DNA of 64,000 nt from contig CALHAI010000018.1 in NCBI GenBank assembly GCA_937934295.1, positions 966 to 64,965 of the forward strand, given 5' to 3'. Position numbers and translations under genes: made by a program. The notes beneath the pieces are model-generated. The model saw only the letters and a list, made by a program, of their open reading frames with translations, did not search any database and was not told the DNA's origin. Shown here piece by piece: positions 31,994 through 42,507 of the stretch. The first letter of the stretch is position 1, and the number at the start of each line of letters is the position of its first letter. This DNA is from an uncultured Blastocatellia bacterium (GTDB lineage: Bacteria; Acidobacteriota; Blastocatellia; HR10).

Positions 31994-32116
31994 TTAAGTC
32001 TTGAGCGCTGGGATAGTGCGGGGTCAGATTGGGAGTTCGAGAAAACCAACGTCCGATAATGTTTGATCCGAAATGTCGTCATTAATGTCGTCATTCCCAT
32101 GGGCGCTTGCCGAGGT

Positions 32117-32620
32117 CTACTCTTTGGGTTGGGGAGGGATAGGTTGAAAGCGGGGGAAGTGTTGGGCGGCCAGTTGGCTGATCATGGCAGCGCCGCGAGC
32201 GAGATAGGGTGAGGTGAAGCTCTCTCGCAAGAGATCACGACGCCATGGGAAGACGCTCAGAGCGAGATAGACGACCGAGCACAAAGCCCATCCGCGCAGG
32301 AAGCCGAAGAGACCGCCCATACCGTGATCGAGCCAGCTCAGGTGAGCCCGACGTAAGCCCGAATGAAGCGCGCGTGCGAGCAGGAGGCCGATGAAGAGCA
32401 CCAGCAGGTACGTACTGAGAAAAGCCAGCAAGTGCGCCATCTCCTCCGATTCGACGAGAGGACGGATGAACGGGGCAGCGCCGCGGTAGGAAGAGCTGGC
32501 GAGGAAAAACCCGGCGATGGCGGCGGCTGTCGTGATGACGCTTCGCGCGAATCCGCGTGAGAGCCCTGTGAGTGTCGAGAGGCCGATCACGAAGAGGACG
32601 AGGGCATCGAAGGTCGTCAT
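32117..32620 (-). CDS. CvpA family protein
   Basis: D..V......G.SRGF, LDH.MG.LFG.LRG; start overlaps purC stop. Confidence 0.88.
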   Translation of the reverse strand: MTTFDALVLFVIGLSTLTGLSRGFARSVITTAAAIAGFFLASSSYRGAAPFIRPLVESEEMAHLLAFLSTYLLVLFIGLLLARALHSGLRRAHLSWLDHGMGGLFGFLRGWALCSVVYLALSVFPWRRDLLRESFTSPYLARGAAMISQLAAQHFPRFQPIPPQPKE

Positions 32621-33519
32621 GGTATCGTTTCCTTCCCCGTCAGAAGACGATAAGCCATGAGATACCGAGTGGCCGTTTGTTCGATAATGGATTTGGGGAG
32701 GCGAGGAGCGGATGAAGATCTGTCCCATCCGATAGAGTCCAGGTAGTCGCGGAGGAACTGCTTGTCAAAGGAGGGTGGCGGACGTCCGGGCGCATACTGA
32801 TCGGCAGCCCAGAAGCGCGAAGAATCTGGCGTCAGCGCCTCATCGATCCACAAAAGCGTCTGATCTCGCCATCCGAATTCGAACTTCGTATCGGCGAGGA
32901 TGAGGCCTCGAGCGAAGGCGTACTCGGCTGCCCGTGAATAGAGAGCGAGGCTCAGGTCCTTGAGCCGACGAGTTAACTCGGTCCCGAGGCGATTGGCCAT
33001 CTCGGCCTCGGAGATGTTGATGTCATGTCCTTCGGTGGCCTTGATCGCGGGGGTAAAGATCGGTTCCGGGAGTCTCGCCGCTTCGACCAGGCCCGGGGGC
33101 AAGCGGAGACCGCCGACGGTTCCGAACTGTTGGTACTCTCTCCAGGCCGATCCGGCCAGATAACCGCGCACGACGCATTCGATGGGGATTGGGCGCGCGC
33201 GATGCACGAGCATGCTGCGAGAGCGAAGCGCCGTGCGTTCGGTCTCCGTGAGTCCGTCGAGCGCGTGGACATCGGTCGTGATCAAGTGATGGGGGGCGAT
33301 GGGCTCCAGGAATCGGAACCAAAATGCCGAGAGCTGAGTGAGAACGGCTCCTTTACCAGGGATACCGTCCGGCAAGACGACATCGAAGGCTGAGATGCGA
33401 TCGGTCGTGACGATCAGCAGACGATCGTCACCGATGGTGTAGATATCGCGGACCTTTCCTCGCCGGAGGAGGGGATGAGCCGTGAGATGCGTTTCCAAGA
33501 CGACAGGTGGCGAGCTCAT
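32617..33519 (-). CDS. purC: SAICAR synthase
   Basis: GKVRDIY, DRISAFD, ECVVRGYLAGS, DTKFEFG, TPDSSRFW. Confidence 0.97.
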   Translation of the reverse strand: MSSPPVVLETHLTAHPLLRRGKVRDIYTIGDDRLLIVTTDRISAFDVVLPDGIPGKGAVLTQLSAFWFRFLEPIAPHHLITTDVHALDGLTETERTALRSRSMLVHRARPIPIECVVRGYLAGSAWREYQQFGTVGGLRLPPGLVEAARLPEPIFTPAIKATEGHDINISEAEMANRLGTELTRRLKDLSLALYSRAAEYAFARGLILADTKFEFGWRDQTLLWIDEALTPDSSRFWAADQYAPGRPPPSFDKQFLRDYLDSIGWDRSSSAPRLPKSIIEQTATRYLMAYRLLTGKETIP

Positions 33520-34004
33520 GGCTTGAGCAGCGCATCGAGCATTTTCGTCAACTCGTTCACGTAGCTCTCCGGATCCGCGAATCCCACATGCGGAGCCCCG
33601 ATGGGGTCGCCGTTGCGATCCAGGAGGAGAAGGGCTGGGACGCCCTCGGTCTTGAACCCTTGCAGGATGCGCGCTTCGGGATCGCGGAGTACGGGCAGAC
33701 GCACGCCCAGGCGGGAGACGAACTGTCGGAGTTGGTCATTAGAGATCTCGGGATCATCGATGCTGATCCAGAAGAAAGCGACCGGGCGTCCCGTGTATTG
33801 ATCGGCGACCTTTTGCAGGACGGGCAACTCCTCTCGGCAGGGCGGGCACCAGGTGGCGCCGAAGGAGAGGACGACGACTTGTCCACGGTAGTGCGTCAGG
33901 TCAACCATCCGACCATCGAGTGCAGGGAGCGAGAAGGATCGTTTCTGTGCGGGCGTCCCGTAAAGGGCGAATGCGACAAGGGCGAGCGCGAAGACTTTTT
34001 TCAT
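33516..34004 (-). CDS. TlpA-family thiol-disulfide oxidoreductase, exported
   Basis: Signal peptide MKKVFALALVAFA; ATWCPPCREELP. Confidence 0.88.
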   Translation of the reverse strand: MKKVFALALVAFALYGTPAQKRSFSLPALDGRMVDLTHYRGQVVVLSFGATWCPPCREELPVLQKVADQYTGRPVAFFWISIDDPEISNDQLRQFVSRLGVRLPVLRDPEARILQGFKTEGVPALLLLDRNGDPIGAPHVGFADPESYVNELTKMLDALLKP

Positions 34005-34063
34005 AGGCACCCCCGAACGGTGTACTTTAGCACAGCAGGCATCGCCCGAAAAGGGAGTGGGCG

Positions 34064-36871
34064 TCATCGGAGCGTTCTCCCTTCGTTCCGGAGATAGGCG
34101 GCGAGGAACTGTCCCGTGTAGGACTCCGGGACGCGCATGATCGCTTCCGGAGGGCCTTGGGCGACGACATATCCGCCGCGCTCTCCGCCTTCGGGGCCGA
34201 GATCGATGATCCAGTCGGCGCATTTGATGACATCGGGATTGTGCTCGATGATGATGACTGATCCACCGGCGGCGATCAAGCGGCGGAAGGCGGCGATCAA
34301 CTTTTGAATGTCATCGAAGTGCAGGCCGGTCGTCGGTTCATCGAAGAGATAGAGCGTGCGGGCGCTGGTCTCTTTGGCCAGGTGGGCGGCGAGCTTGAGG
34401 CGTTGGGCTTCGCCTCCGGAGAGCGTCGTCGCCGATTGTCCCAGGCGGATGTATCCGAGGCCGATCTGATCGAGGACCTCCAACCGCCGCGTGATCTTCG
34501 ACACATCGGCGAAGAAGTGGAGGGCTTCGCGGACGGTCATATTGAGGACCTCGTGGATGGTCTTCCCTCGGTAGCGGATCTCCAGCAGTGCGGGTTGGAA
34601 GCGCATCCCCTGGCAGTGCTCACAGACGAGTTCGACATCGGCCAGAAATTGCATCTGGATGGTCACGACGCCGTTGCCCTCGCAGGCTTCGCAGCGGCCG
34701 CCGGGCACGTTGAAGGAGAAGTGTGCCGGGGTGAGGCCGCGCGCTTGTGCCTCGCGCGTGGAGGCGAAGAGTTCGCGGATGGCATCGAAGACCTTCAGGT
34801 ACGTTGCCGGGTTCGAACGAGGTGTGCGCCCGATGGGGGATTGATCCACGAGAATGATCTCGTCGAGCCATTCCCCACCTTCGATCTTGCGAACGGGGCC
34901 GACAGGTTGATTCCACTCTCCGCGTTGCTTCTTGAGATTGGCGTAGAGGACGTCGTAGACGAGGGTGGACTTGCCGGAGCCGGAGACGCCCGTGATGCAG
35001 ACCATCAGCTCCAGGGGGATGTCCACGTCAATGTTCTTGAGATTATGGGCGCGCGCACCGCGAATCGCCAGGCAGCGCCCGGTCGGGGAGAGGCGTTGCC
35101 TGGGGGTGGGGATGCTCAGCTCGCCGCGCAGGTATCTCCCGGTCAGCGAAGAGGGGGCGCGTTGCAACTCTTCGGGCGTCCCTTGGAAGACGACCTCGCC
35201 ACCGTGTTCGCCGGCGCCGGGCCCCAGATCGATGACGTGATCGGCGGCCAGGATCATCTCGCGATCGTGCTCGACCACAAGCACCGTATTCCCGATGTCG
35301 CGCAGATGCTTGAGCAAGCGGATGAGGCGCTGCGTATCGCGAGGATGCAGGCCGATGCTCGGCTCATCCAGGACGTAGAGGGTGCCGACCAGAGAAGCGC
35401 CGAGATTCGTCGCCAGTTGAATGCGCTGGGCCTCGCCGCCGGAGAGGGTGAAGGCATGCCGATCGAGCGTCACATAATCGAGACCGACGTCCACGAGGAA
35501 GGCGAGGCGCTGGCGGATCTCCTGAAGCAACCGGCCGGCGATCGCCTCTTCCTGAGGTGTGAGGGAGAGCGCGGCGAAGAAAGCGGCGCATTCGCCAATG
35601 CTCATGGCACAGATTTCGGGGAGCGTCTTCCCGCCGACGCGTACGGCCAAGGCTTCGGGTCTCAAGCGCGCGCCCTTGCAGGAGGGGCAGGTCGTATAGC
35701 CGCGATATTTGCTCAGGAAGACGCGCACGTGCAGCTTGTATTTCTTCGTCTCCAACCATTCGAAGAAGCCACGGATACCGGGGAACTCACCCTTCCCCTG
35801 GATGATCCAGCGTTGGTGCTCTCGGGAGAGTTGAGCGAAGGGGACGTCGGTGGGGATCCTCATGCGGCGGCAGAAGGTGAGCAACTCCTCCTGCGCCCAC
35901 TCGAACTGGGGCTTCGTCCAGGGTTCGATGGCCCCCTCTTGCAGCGAGCGCTCGCGATCCGGGATGACTAGGTCCAGATCGAGCCCGATAAGATTGCCGA
36001 AACCCTGACAGTTGGGGCAGGCACCATGGGCGCTGTTGAAGCTGAAGAGCTGCGGTTCGGGCTCAATGTAACGGGTTTGGCATTGCGGGCAGGTCAGCTG
36101 CGCCGTGAACGTGAGCTTCTGCGGAGGATCGCTGAGGAGCACGATTTCGGCGACGCCGTCCCCTTCGCGGTAGCAGAGCTCCAGCGAATCGATCAAGCGC
36201 GACCGGATATCGGGACGGAGGACGAGGCGATCTACGAGGACGCTCATCTCGTCGAGGGCGGGAGGGGTTTGGAGATCGCCGATCTCCACGACCTGGCCTC
36301 GCACGTAGAGGCGTGTGAATCCGCGCTGCTGCAGGGTGAGCAGCAGCGCCTTCGGCGAGAGCTCGCTCCGGCGGGAGCGTCCGTTCTCGGCTTTGCGCGC
36401 GAGCGGGAAGAGGACGTAGAAGCGGAGCCCTTCAGGTAATTGCAAGAGGCGATCGGCGATCGTCTCCGGGGTCTGGCGGATGACTTCGCTGTGGCAGGTC
36501 AGGCAGTAGACACGGCCGATTCGGGCAAAGAGCAGCCGCAGATAGTCATAGATTTCCGTCTGCGTGGCGACGGTGGAGCGCGGGTTGCGGCTGAGGGGTT
36601 TTTGCTGGATGGCGATCGTCGGGCAAAGGCCCGTGATCTCGTCCACATCCGGTTTCCTCATGCGCTCGAGGAACTGACGGGCATAGGCGGAGAGGGACTC
36701 CACATACCGGCGCTGGCCTTCGGCGTAGATCGTGTCGAAGGCGAGGCTCGATTTCCCTGAGCCGGAGACCCCGGTGATGACGGTCAGACTCCCGTGTGGG
36801 ATCTCGCAGGTGATGTTCTTGAGATTGTGTACGCGCGCGCCGCGCACGATGAATGCCGTCTGCTCACTCAT
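34064..36871 (-). CDS. uvrA: excinuclease ABC subunit A
   Basis: Two GVSGSGKS Walker A motifs, two LSGGEAQR, zinc fingers. Confidence 0.97.
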   Translation of the reverse strand: MSEQTAFIVRGARVHNLKNITCEIPHGSLTVITGVSGSGKSSLAFDTIYAEGQRRYVESLSAYARQFLERMRKPDVDEITGLCPTIAIQQKPLSRNPRSTVATQTEIYDYLRLLFARIGRVYCLTCHSEVIRQTPETIADRLLQLPEGLRFYVLFPLARKAENGRSRRSELSPKALLLTLQQRGFTRLYVRGQVVEIGDLQTPPALDEMSVLVDRLVLRPDIRSRLIDSLELCYREGDGVAEIVLLSDPPQKLTFTAQLTCPQCQTRYIEPEPQLFSFNSAHGACPNCQGFGNLIGLDLDLVIPDRERSLQEGAIEPWTKPQFEWAQEELLTFCRRMRIPTDVPFAQLSREHQRWIIQGKGEFPGIRGFFEWLETKKYKLHVRVFLSKYRGYTTCPSCKGARLRPEALAVRVGGKTLPEICAMSIGECAAFFAALSLTPQEEAIAGRLLQEIRQRLAFLVDVGLDYVTLDRHAFTLSGGEAQRIQLATNLGASLVGTLYVLDEPSIGLHPRDTQRLIRLLKHLRDIGNTVLVVEHDREMILAADHVIDLGPGAGEHGGEVVFQGTPEELQRAPSSLTGRYLRGELSIPTPRQRLSPTGRCLAIRGARAHNLKNIDVDIPLELMVCITGVSGSGKSTLVYDVLYANLKKQRGEWNQPVGPVRKIEGGEWLDEIILVDQSPIGRTPRSNPATYLKVFDAIRELFASTREAQARGLTPAHFSFNVPGGRCEACEGNGVVTIQMQFLADVELVCEHCQGMRFQPALLEIRYRGKTIHEVLNMTVREALHFFADVSKITRRLEVLDQIGLGYIRLGQSATTLSGGEAQRLKLAAHLAKETSARTLYLFDEPTTGLHFDDIQKLIAAFRRLIAAGGSVIIIEHNPDVIKCADWIIDLGPEGGERGGYVVAQGPPEAIMRVPESYTGQFLAAYLRNEGRTLR

Positions 36872-36996
36872 AACCGAAGAAGTATAGATCGGCCTATCGC
36901 GGATGGGCAACGTGAGGGCGGCGCATTGTCTTGGCGAAGGAGTGTGCTAAAATCTTGCTCGAAGATGGGCGGACGCTTCATCGCAAGGGAGGACCG

Positions 36997-38271
36997 ATGA
37001 AGGAATTCGAGAGAGTCGAAGAGGTGAAGGAGGAGAATCCGCTTGACTCGATGCTCTATCATTTCGATCAAGCGGCGCGGCTCCTTCATTTGGAATCGGA
37101 CCTATACACGTTCATGCGATATCCGAGCTTGGAGGTGACCATTTACATTCCCGTGATCATGGATGATGGGCATCTGGAGGTGTTCGTCGGGTATCGCGTG
37201 CAGCACAACTTCGCGCGGGGGCCGGCCAAGGGGGGGATTCGCTTCGCCCCTAATGTGACGTTGGACGAGATTCGGGCTCTGGCGGCGTGGATGACGTGGA
37301 AGTGTGCGGTCGCGAACATCCCGTTCGGAGGGGCGAAGGGCGGGGTCGTCTGCAATCCGGCTGAATTGTCGCGGGGAGAGCTGGAGCGGTTGACACGGCG
37401 TTACACGGCGCAACTTCTGGACATCTTGGGGCCGGAGCGGGACGTGCCGGCGCCGGACTTGAACACGGACGAGCAAGTCATGGCGTGGATCATGGACACC
37501 TATTCGATGCACGCGCGGCATGTGGTGACGGCCTCGGTGACGGGCAAGCCGATCGGGTTGGGGGGATCGGCGGGGCGGCGCGAAGCGACCGGGCGCGGGC
37601 TTTTGATCGTGGCCAACGAAGCCTTTCGACATCTGGGGCTTTCGCCCAAAGAGGCGCGGGTCGTCATTCAGGGGGCGGGCAATGTGGGCGGGGTTGCCGC
37701 CCGGCTCTTCCACGAGGCTGGGTATAAGGTGATCGCCATCTCGGACGTGCATGGCGGCATCTTCAACCCCCAGGGCTTGAACATCCCCGAGGTCTTGGAG
37801 TACCACCGCTTGGAGAAGAGCTTTCGTGGGTATCCGCACGCGGAGCCGATCACCAATGAGGAACTGCTAGAGCTGGAATGCGAGATCCTGATTCCGGCGG
37901 CTGTCGAGAGCCAGATCACTTCGCGCAATGCCGGACGCCTGCGGTGTCGGATCCTCTGTGAGGGCGCGAATGGGCCGACGACGGCGCAGGCCGATCGGAT
38001 CCTCCAGGAACGAGGGATCTTCGTGCTGCCGGACATCTTGGCCAATGCCGGCGGAGTGACGGTGAGTTACTTCGAGTGGGTACAGAATCGGATGGGCTAT
38101 TACTGGAGCGAACGGATTGTGAATCATCGGTTGAAGGAGGTCATGACCAAAAGCTTCCGCGACGTGCTCGCCTATGCGACGCGCTATGGCGTGAGTATGC
38201 GGACGGCGGCATACATGCTGGCGATCGATCGCGTGGCGTATGACGTACGCATGCGCGGCATCTACGCTTGA
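36997..38271 (+). CDS. gdhA: Glu/Leu/Phe/Val dehydrogenase (glutamate dehydrogenase)
   Basis: [35 protein letters not shown]. Confidence 0.9.
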   Translation: MKEFERVEEVKEENPLDSMLYHFDQAARLLHLESDLYTFMRYPSLEVTIYIPVIMDDGHLEVFVGYRVQHNFARGPAKGGIRFAPNVTLDEIRALAAWMTWKCAVANIPFGGAKGGVVCNPAELSRGELERLTRRYTAQLLDILGPERDVPAPDLNTDEQVMAWIMDTYSMHARHVVTASVTGKPIGLGGSAGRREATGRGLLIVANEAFRHLGLSPKEARVVIQGAGNVGGVAARLFHEAGYKVIAISDVHGGIFNPQGLNIPEVLEYHRLEKSFRGYPHAEPITNEELLELECEILIPAAVESQITSRNAGRLRCRILCEGANGPTTAQADRILQERGIFVLPDILANAGGVTVSYFEWVQNRMGYYWSERIVNHRLKEVMTKSFRDVLAYATRYGVSMRTAAYMLAIDRVAYDVRMRGIYA

Positions 38272-38282
38272 GGCGTGGAGAT

Positions 38283-40214
38283 ATGAGACGACGGCTCGTC
38301 GGGGGCGTCCTGGGGATACTGCTCGCAGTGGGGGGGACAACGGGAGCGCACATGGAACTCGGCTGGCAGTGGAGCCCGATGGGGCCGTATGGGGGAGAAG
38401 CGCGGCGGCTGGCCGTTGATCCGCGACATCCGGATCGAATCTTTGTCGGGACCTGTGATGGACAGCTCTATCTCTCTGAAGACGGTGGGGAGAATTGGAC
38501 GCGGCTTGCCGGATTCCATCGCCCGGGATTCTGCATCTCTCGAATTCTCGTGGATGCCGAGGATTCGAGAACGATCTACGTGGCCGGGTGGCAGATCTTC
38601 GCCGAACAAGGTGGGGGGATTTACCGGAGTCGCGATGGTGGACGGACGTGGGCCCTGTTGCCGGGAACGGAGGCGTATTCGGTGCGCGCTTTGGCCCAAG
38701 CCTCACGCGATCCCCGTGTGCTGATCTTCGCGGCGTTAGAGGGGGTCTTTCGGAGCGAGGATCGGGGAGAGTCATGGCGGCGCATCTCGCCGGCCAATGA
38801 TCTGGAGATTCGGAACGTGGAATCCATCGCCATTGATCCGCGTTCGGAGCAAACGCTCTATGTGGGGACGTGGCACTTGCCGTGGAAGACCACCGATGGG
38901 GGGCGGACGTGGACGAGGGCGGGGAGTCGAGAGACGGGGATCATTGACGATTCTGAAGTCTTCAATCTTCTCATTGACGAGCGAAACCCGGACCTTTTGT
39001 GGCTGAGCGCATGCACGGGGGTCTATCGTTCGACGGATGGGGGGCGGAGTTGGCGGCGGATGATGGGGCTGCCGTCGCGAAGCCGTCGGGTATTGGCGTT
39101 GGCGAAGCCGGTAGGGCAGCGGGACGTGCTCTTTGCGGGGACGACGGAGGGGTTGTGGCGGACTGAGGATGGCGGGGCGACATGGCGTCTGATAACAAAT
39201 CGAAGGTTGACCGTGCAAGACATCGCTCTTCACTCGCAGCGGCCACAGCGGGTGCTCATTGCCACCGAAGAGGCAGGCGTTTGGCTCAGCCAAGATGGGG
39301 GGCGAACGTTCCGCCCTTCGAATCGAGGGTTTTCGAGTTGGGTGATCACCAGTATCCTCCCAGATCGGGAGATTCCCGGGCGCCTCTACTGTGGTGTGAT
39401 GAGAGGGGGGCTTGAGGGGAGCTTTTTCATCAGCGAGGATGGGGGGCGGAGCTGGCGGGCACGTTCCCTGAGGGGAGTGAAGGCGATTCTCCAATCGCGG
39501 CGAGATGGACGGCGGCTCTTCGTCCTGGCCGAGGACGGGATCTTCATCTCGGAAGATCGCGGGGAGAGCTGGCGAAAAGGGCCGCCTTTAGAGGTGGGCG
39601 CCTCACATCTTGCCGAAGCGGGCGATGGGCGACTTCTGGTTCTCACGTCGGGAGCGCTCCTGCGATATGAAGAATCGCAAGGACGGTGGGAGCGCGTGCG
39701 CGCGGTCGAGGGGCAGTTCCTGAAGGTGCTGCACATCTCTCGGAGGATATGGATTGTGGGCCATGGGCGCCTTTGGATGAGCGAGGATGGCGGCTCGTGG
39801 GTGGAGCGGGCGTTACCGGATCGGGTGGGGAGCGTTCACGTGATTCTTGAACATCCGAGCGACCCCGATCTTCTCTTCATCGGCACGTCGTTTGGCCTCT
39901 ATCGTTCTCGCAATGGGGGAAAGGATTGGGAGCGATGCGCTCACGGACTCCCTCATGCGGATGTCGCGACGATCGCTGTTCATCCGAACGATCCTCGATG
40001 GATGTTGGTCACGGACTATCGCGTGGGAGCTGTCTATCTCTCCGCGGATCGTGGGGAGACGTGGCGGCGGATTGACGAAGCGGTGGGGGCATGGGCGTTG
40101 GTCGGAGCTTTCGATCCTCATGATGGGGAGCGAGTTCTCATCGGCTCGCGAGGGATGGGCGTTTATGTGGGCCGGCGATCGGTGCAGCTCGTCGAGCGAG
40201 AAAATTCCCCTTGA
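38283..40214 (+). CDS. secreted BNR/Asp-box beta-propeller protein
   Basis: Signal peptide; many S/T-x-D-G/R-G-x-S/T-W repeats. Confidence 0.85.
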   Translation: MRRRLVGGVLGILLAVGGTTGAHMELGWQWSPMGPYGGEARRLAVDPRHPDRIFVGTCDGQLYLSEDGGENWTRLAGFHRPGFCISRILVDAEDSRTIYVAGWQIFAEQGGGIYRSRDGGRTWALLPGTEAYSVRALAQASRDPRVLIFAALEGVFRSEDRGESWRRISPANDLEIRNVESIAIDPRSEQTLYVGTWHLPWKTTDGGRTWTRAGSRETGIIDDSEVFNLLIDERNPDLLWLSACTGVYRSTDGGRSWRRMMGLPSRSRRVLALAKPVGQRDVLFAGTTEGLWRTEDGGATWRLITNRRLTVQDIALHSQRPQRVLIATEEAGVWLSQDGGRTFRPSNRGFSSWVITSILPDREIPGRLYCGVMRGGLEGSFFISEDGGRSWRARSLRGVKAILQSRRDGRRLFVLAEDGIFISEDRGESWRKGPPLEVGASHLAEAGDGRLLVLTSGALLRYEESQGRWERVRAVEGQFLKVLHISRRIWIVGHGRLWMSEDGGSWVERALPDRVGSVHVILEHPSDPDLLFIGTSFGLYRSRNGGKDWERCAHGLPHADVATIAVHPNDPRWMLVTDYRVGAVYLSADRGETWRRIDEAVGAWALVGAFDPHDGERVLIGSRGMGVYVGRRSVQLVERENSP

Positions 40215-40300
40215 CTTTTTGGTGGGATTCAGACAAGATGCTCGCGGACATATGCGGATGTGGCGGCACAAGCGAGTGATCCTGTGGCGAAGGAGGGAGG

Positions 40301-41011
40301 ATGATGCGCGTGCGACATCTTGGACTTGTGGGAGTTGCGGTGGTGGTTATCGCGGGAGCATGGACCGCTGGATGGTGGTCGTTCTTTCCTCTTGATGGAC
40401 TTCAGGAGATCGCTCGATCTTCGGAAGAACGGTTGCAGGGTGGGACGCCAGCGCTTCAACTCTCGGCCTCTGAGGTCGATTTTGGTGAGGTTCCCCTGGG
40501 CAGCGTTCGGGAAGCATCGCTGGTGCTGACCAATGTGGGGACGGCGCCGCTGCGGATCGCGGAGATTCGGACAGGCGGGCGCTTCTCGCTCGTTCGGGCG
40601 CCGTTGCTTCCGGCGCGGATCGGTCCGGGCGTGAGTGTGAGGGTGAACGTGGCGTTTACTCCTGCAGGGCCCGGCATGGCGTCGGATCAGCTGCAGATCA
40701 TGAGCGATGCTCCTTCGGGCATGCTCTCGGTTCCGCTGCGGGCGGTCGCTGTTGGGAATCTCGTCGCCAAGGCTAAACGGGCGGCGAAACCCCTAGCGCG
40801 TGTGGCCAAGCGTGCGCTTGAGGGCCAGGTGCTTCCGGCTGAGGTTCGGCTCCCGCTTCCGACGGCCGATCCCGGAGCGCTTCCGGTTGTTCGGTCGCTC
40901 ATCGAACTCACCTCGTTTCTCCGAGCGGAGGACGTCGGTGCCCTTCAACTGATATCTGATGAGGCATCGCTTGAAGTCGGGGTGGGTCCAAAGACTGATC
41001 TCAAGCCATGA
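40301..41011 (+). CDS. membrane-anchored Ig-like (choice-of-anchor D / ASH) domain protein
   Basis: N-terminal TM; VDFGEV.LG...L.N.GTAPL.I...V.F.P...L.I.SD. Confidence 0.65.
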   Translation: MMRVRHLGLVGVAVVVIAGAWTAGWWSFFPLDGLQEIARSSEERLQGGTPALQLSASEVDFGEVPLGSVREASLVLTNVGTAPLRIAEIRTGGRFSLVRAPLLPARIGPGVSVRVNVAFTPAGPGMASDQLQIMSDAPSGMLSVPLRAVAVGNLVAKAKRAAKPLARVAKRALEGQVLPAEVRLPLPTADPGALPVVRSLIELTSFLRAEDVGALQLISDEASLEVGVGPKTDLKP

Positions 41012-41099
41012 AGTTCACGGAGAGGGTGAAGGAGAGGACCGCGAGTGAGCAGACTTCAAGCGTCCTCTCAAGGCCAAGGAGCGAGGTGGGCGCGTATCT

Positions 41100-41510
41100 C
41101 TAGAACGGGACGTCTTCCTCGCCGGGCTCGAAGCCGGAGATTGGGCTGAGCGGTTCCTCAGCGACTCCTTCCTCTTCCACGGGCTTCCGATCGAGGAAGC
41201 GCACATCCGAAGCCTCGATACGAAGCTGCGTTCGGGGCAAGCCCTCTCGGTCCGTATATTCATCCAGATACAACCGTCCCTCGACGTAAACCAAGCTCCC
41301 CTTCTTGAGATACTGATGAGTGAGCTCGGCCAATCGGCGCCAAGCGGTCACGCGGAACCAGAGTGTCCGCTCTTGAAGCTCTCCCGTATTATCGCGCCTC
41401 CGCTCATTGGTCGCGACCGAGAAGGTGCACACGGGGACGCCTTGAGGGGTATAGCGGAGCTCTGGGTCGCGTCCGAGGTTTCCGATGATGATGATCTTGT
41501 TGAATGACAT
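41100..41510 (-). CDS. ssb: single-stranded DNA-binding protein
   Basis: NKIIIIGNLGRDPELRYT, KKG..VYVEGRL, C-terminal DVPF. Confidence 0.96.
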   Translation of the reverse strand: MSFNKIIIIGNLGRDPELRYTPQGVPVCTFSVATNERRRDNTGELQERTLWFRVTAWRRLAELTHQYLKKGSLVYVEGRLYLDEYTDREGLPRTQLRIEASDVRFLDRKPVEEEGVAEEPLSPISGFEPGEEDVPF

Positions 41511-41529
41511 AGCCATCTCCTTGGCGAGA

Positions 41530-42390
41530 TCACCGACGGCGCCGCGGCGTCGTCGGGCGGGGCTCCTCAATGGGGACGCCAAGCTGCTGGAGTCTCTGGC
41601 GAGCCGCGTTCACCTCGTTCGAAGGGAGAGGGTGACGAGCGACAAGGCGCAGTTCGGCGATGGCTTCCTCGCGGTGGCCCAGTTCCAGGAGCGCGAGCGC
41701 CTTCTTCAGGCGAGCGGCCAGTGCCTTATCGCTTTGCGGGTATGTGCGCAGGAGCGCGTCGAATTCGGCCACAGCATCCTCGTAGCGGCCGAGGCTGTAG
41801 AGGCACTCGCCGATCCAGTATTGGGCGTTGTCGGTCGTCTCCAGTGCAGGAAAGCGTTGCACGTACTGTCGAAACTGGTCGAGCGCCAGCTCATAGTTCC
41901 CCTTGAGATACTCACCGTAGGCGGCACTGAAGAGCTGGATCGGATCGGTTGGGTCAATGGTCGCAGCCCGACGTTGGGCTTGGGCGAGGCTCTCGGCGAG
42001 AGCGGCGATACGATCATGGAGCTGGACAAGGTGTTCGGAGGTCGTGCGCAGATGCATCTCCATGGTGGTGAGGCGGGAGTCCATCTGGGTGAAGAGGCTC
42101 CCTGTACGCGTCTGCGTCTCTCCAAGCGTCTGCTGCAAGGCCGAGAGTGTGCGCTGTAAGGCCGCGACGTTCTCGCCGATCTGTCCCAGAAGCGCGAGCC
42201 ATTGACCATTACTTCGGTCGAAGGACTCCTGCAAGTCGCGAAGCTGTCGTTGCAGGATGAGGACTTCGGCCTGGAGCTTGGCGATCGCTTCGAGCTCCTT
42301 CTTCCCGGCCCGTGAGGAGGGGGAGAGAAGAAACAGGACGATTGCGGCCAGGCCGAGGCCACGTGAGAGACTCAATTGTCGCATTCCCAT
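41530..42390 (-). CDS. cpoB: tol-pal system TPR protein CpoB/YbgF
   Basis: Signal peptide, coiled coil, DNAQYWIGEC.Y TPR; follows pal. Confidence 0.88.
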   Translation of the reverse strand: MGMRQLSLSRGLGLAAIVLFLLSPSSRAGKKELEAIAKLQAEVLILQRQLRDLQESFDRSNGQWLALLGQIGENVAALQRTLSALQQTLGETQTRTGSLFTQMDSRLTTMEMHLRTTSEHLVQLHDRIAALAESLAQAQRRAATIDPTDPIQLFSAAYGEYLKGNYELALDQFRQYVQRFPALETTDNAQYWIGECLYSLGRYEDAVAEFDALLRTYPQSDKALAARLKKALALLELGHREEAIAELRLVARHPLPSNEVNAARQRLQQLGVPIEEPRPTTPRRRR

Positions 42391-42471
42391 CCCTCCTTAT
42401 ACGGGGCTTGCTGCGACGGCGACCATGCCCGACGCCAGATGTTACGACAGGTACGGGCCGAAGGCAAGATA

Positions 42472-42502
42472 GGCGAAGGCCCTTCGGCGAAGAGCCTTCG
42501 CC
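42472..42502. terminator. hairpin between pal and cpoB
   Basis: GGCGAAGGC...GCCTTCGCC 9-bp stem; no clear U-tract. Confidence 0.4.
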
Positions 42503-42507
42503 GAGAG

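Noticed and set aside
38283-40214. Repetitive G-rich sequence resembling an array
   Set aside because: Protein-level Asp-box repeats; no constant repeat-spacer pattern. I saw no CRISPR array anywhere in the window.
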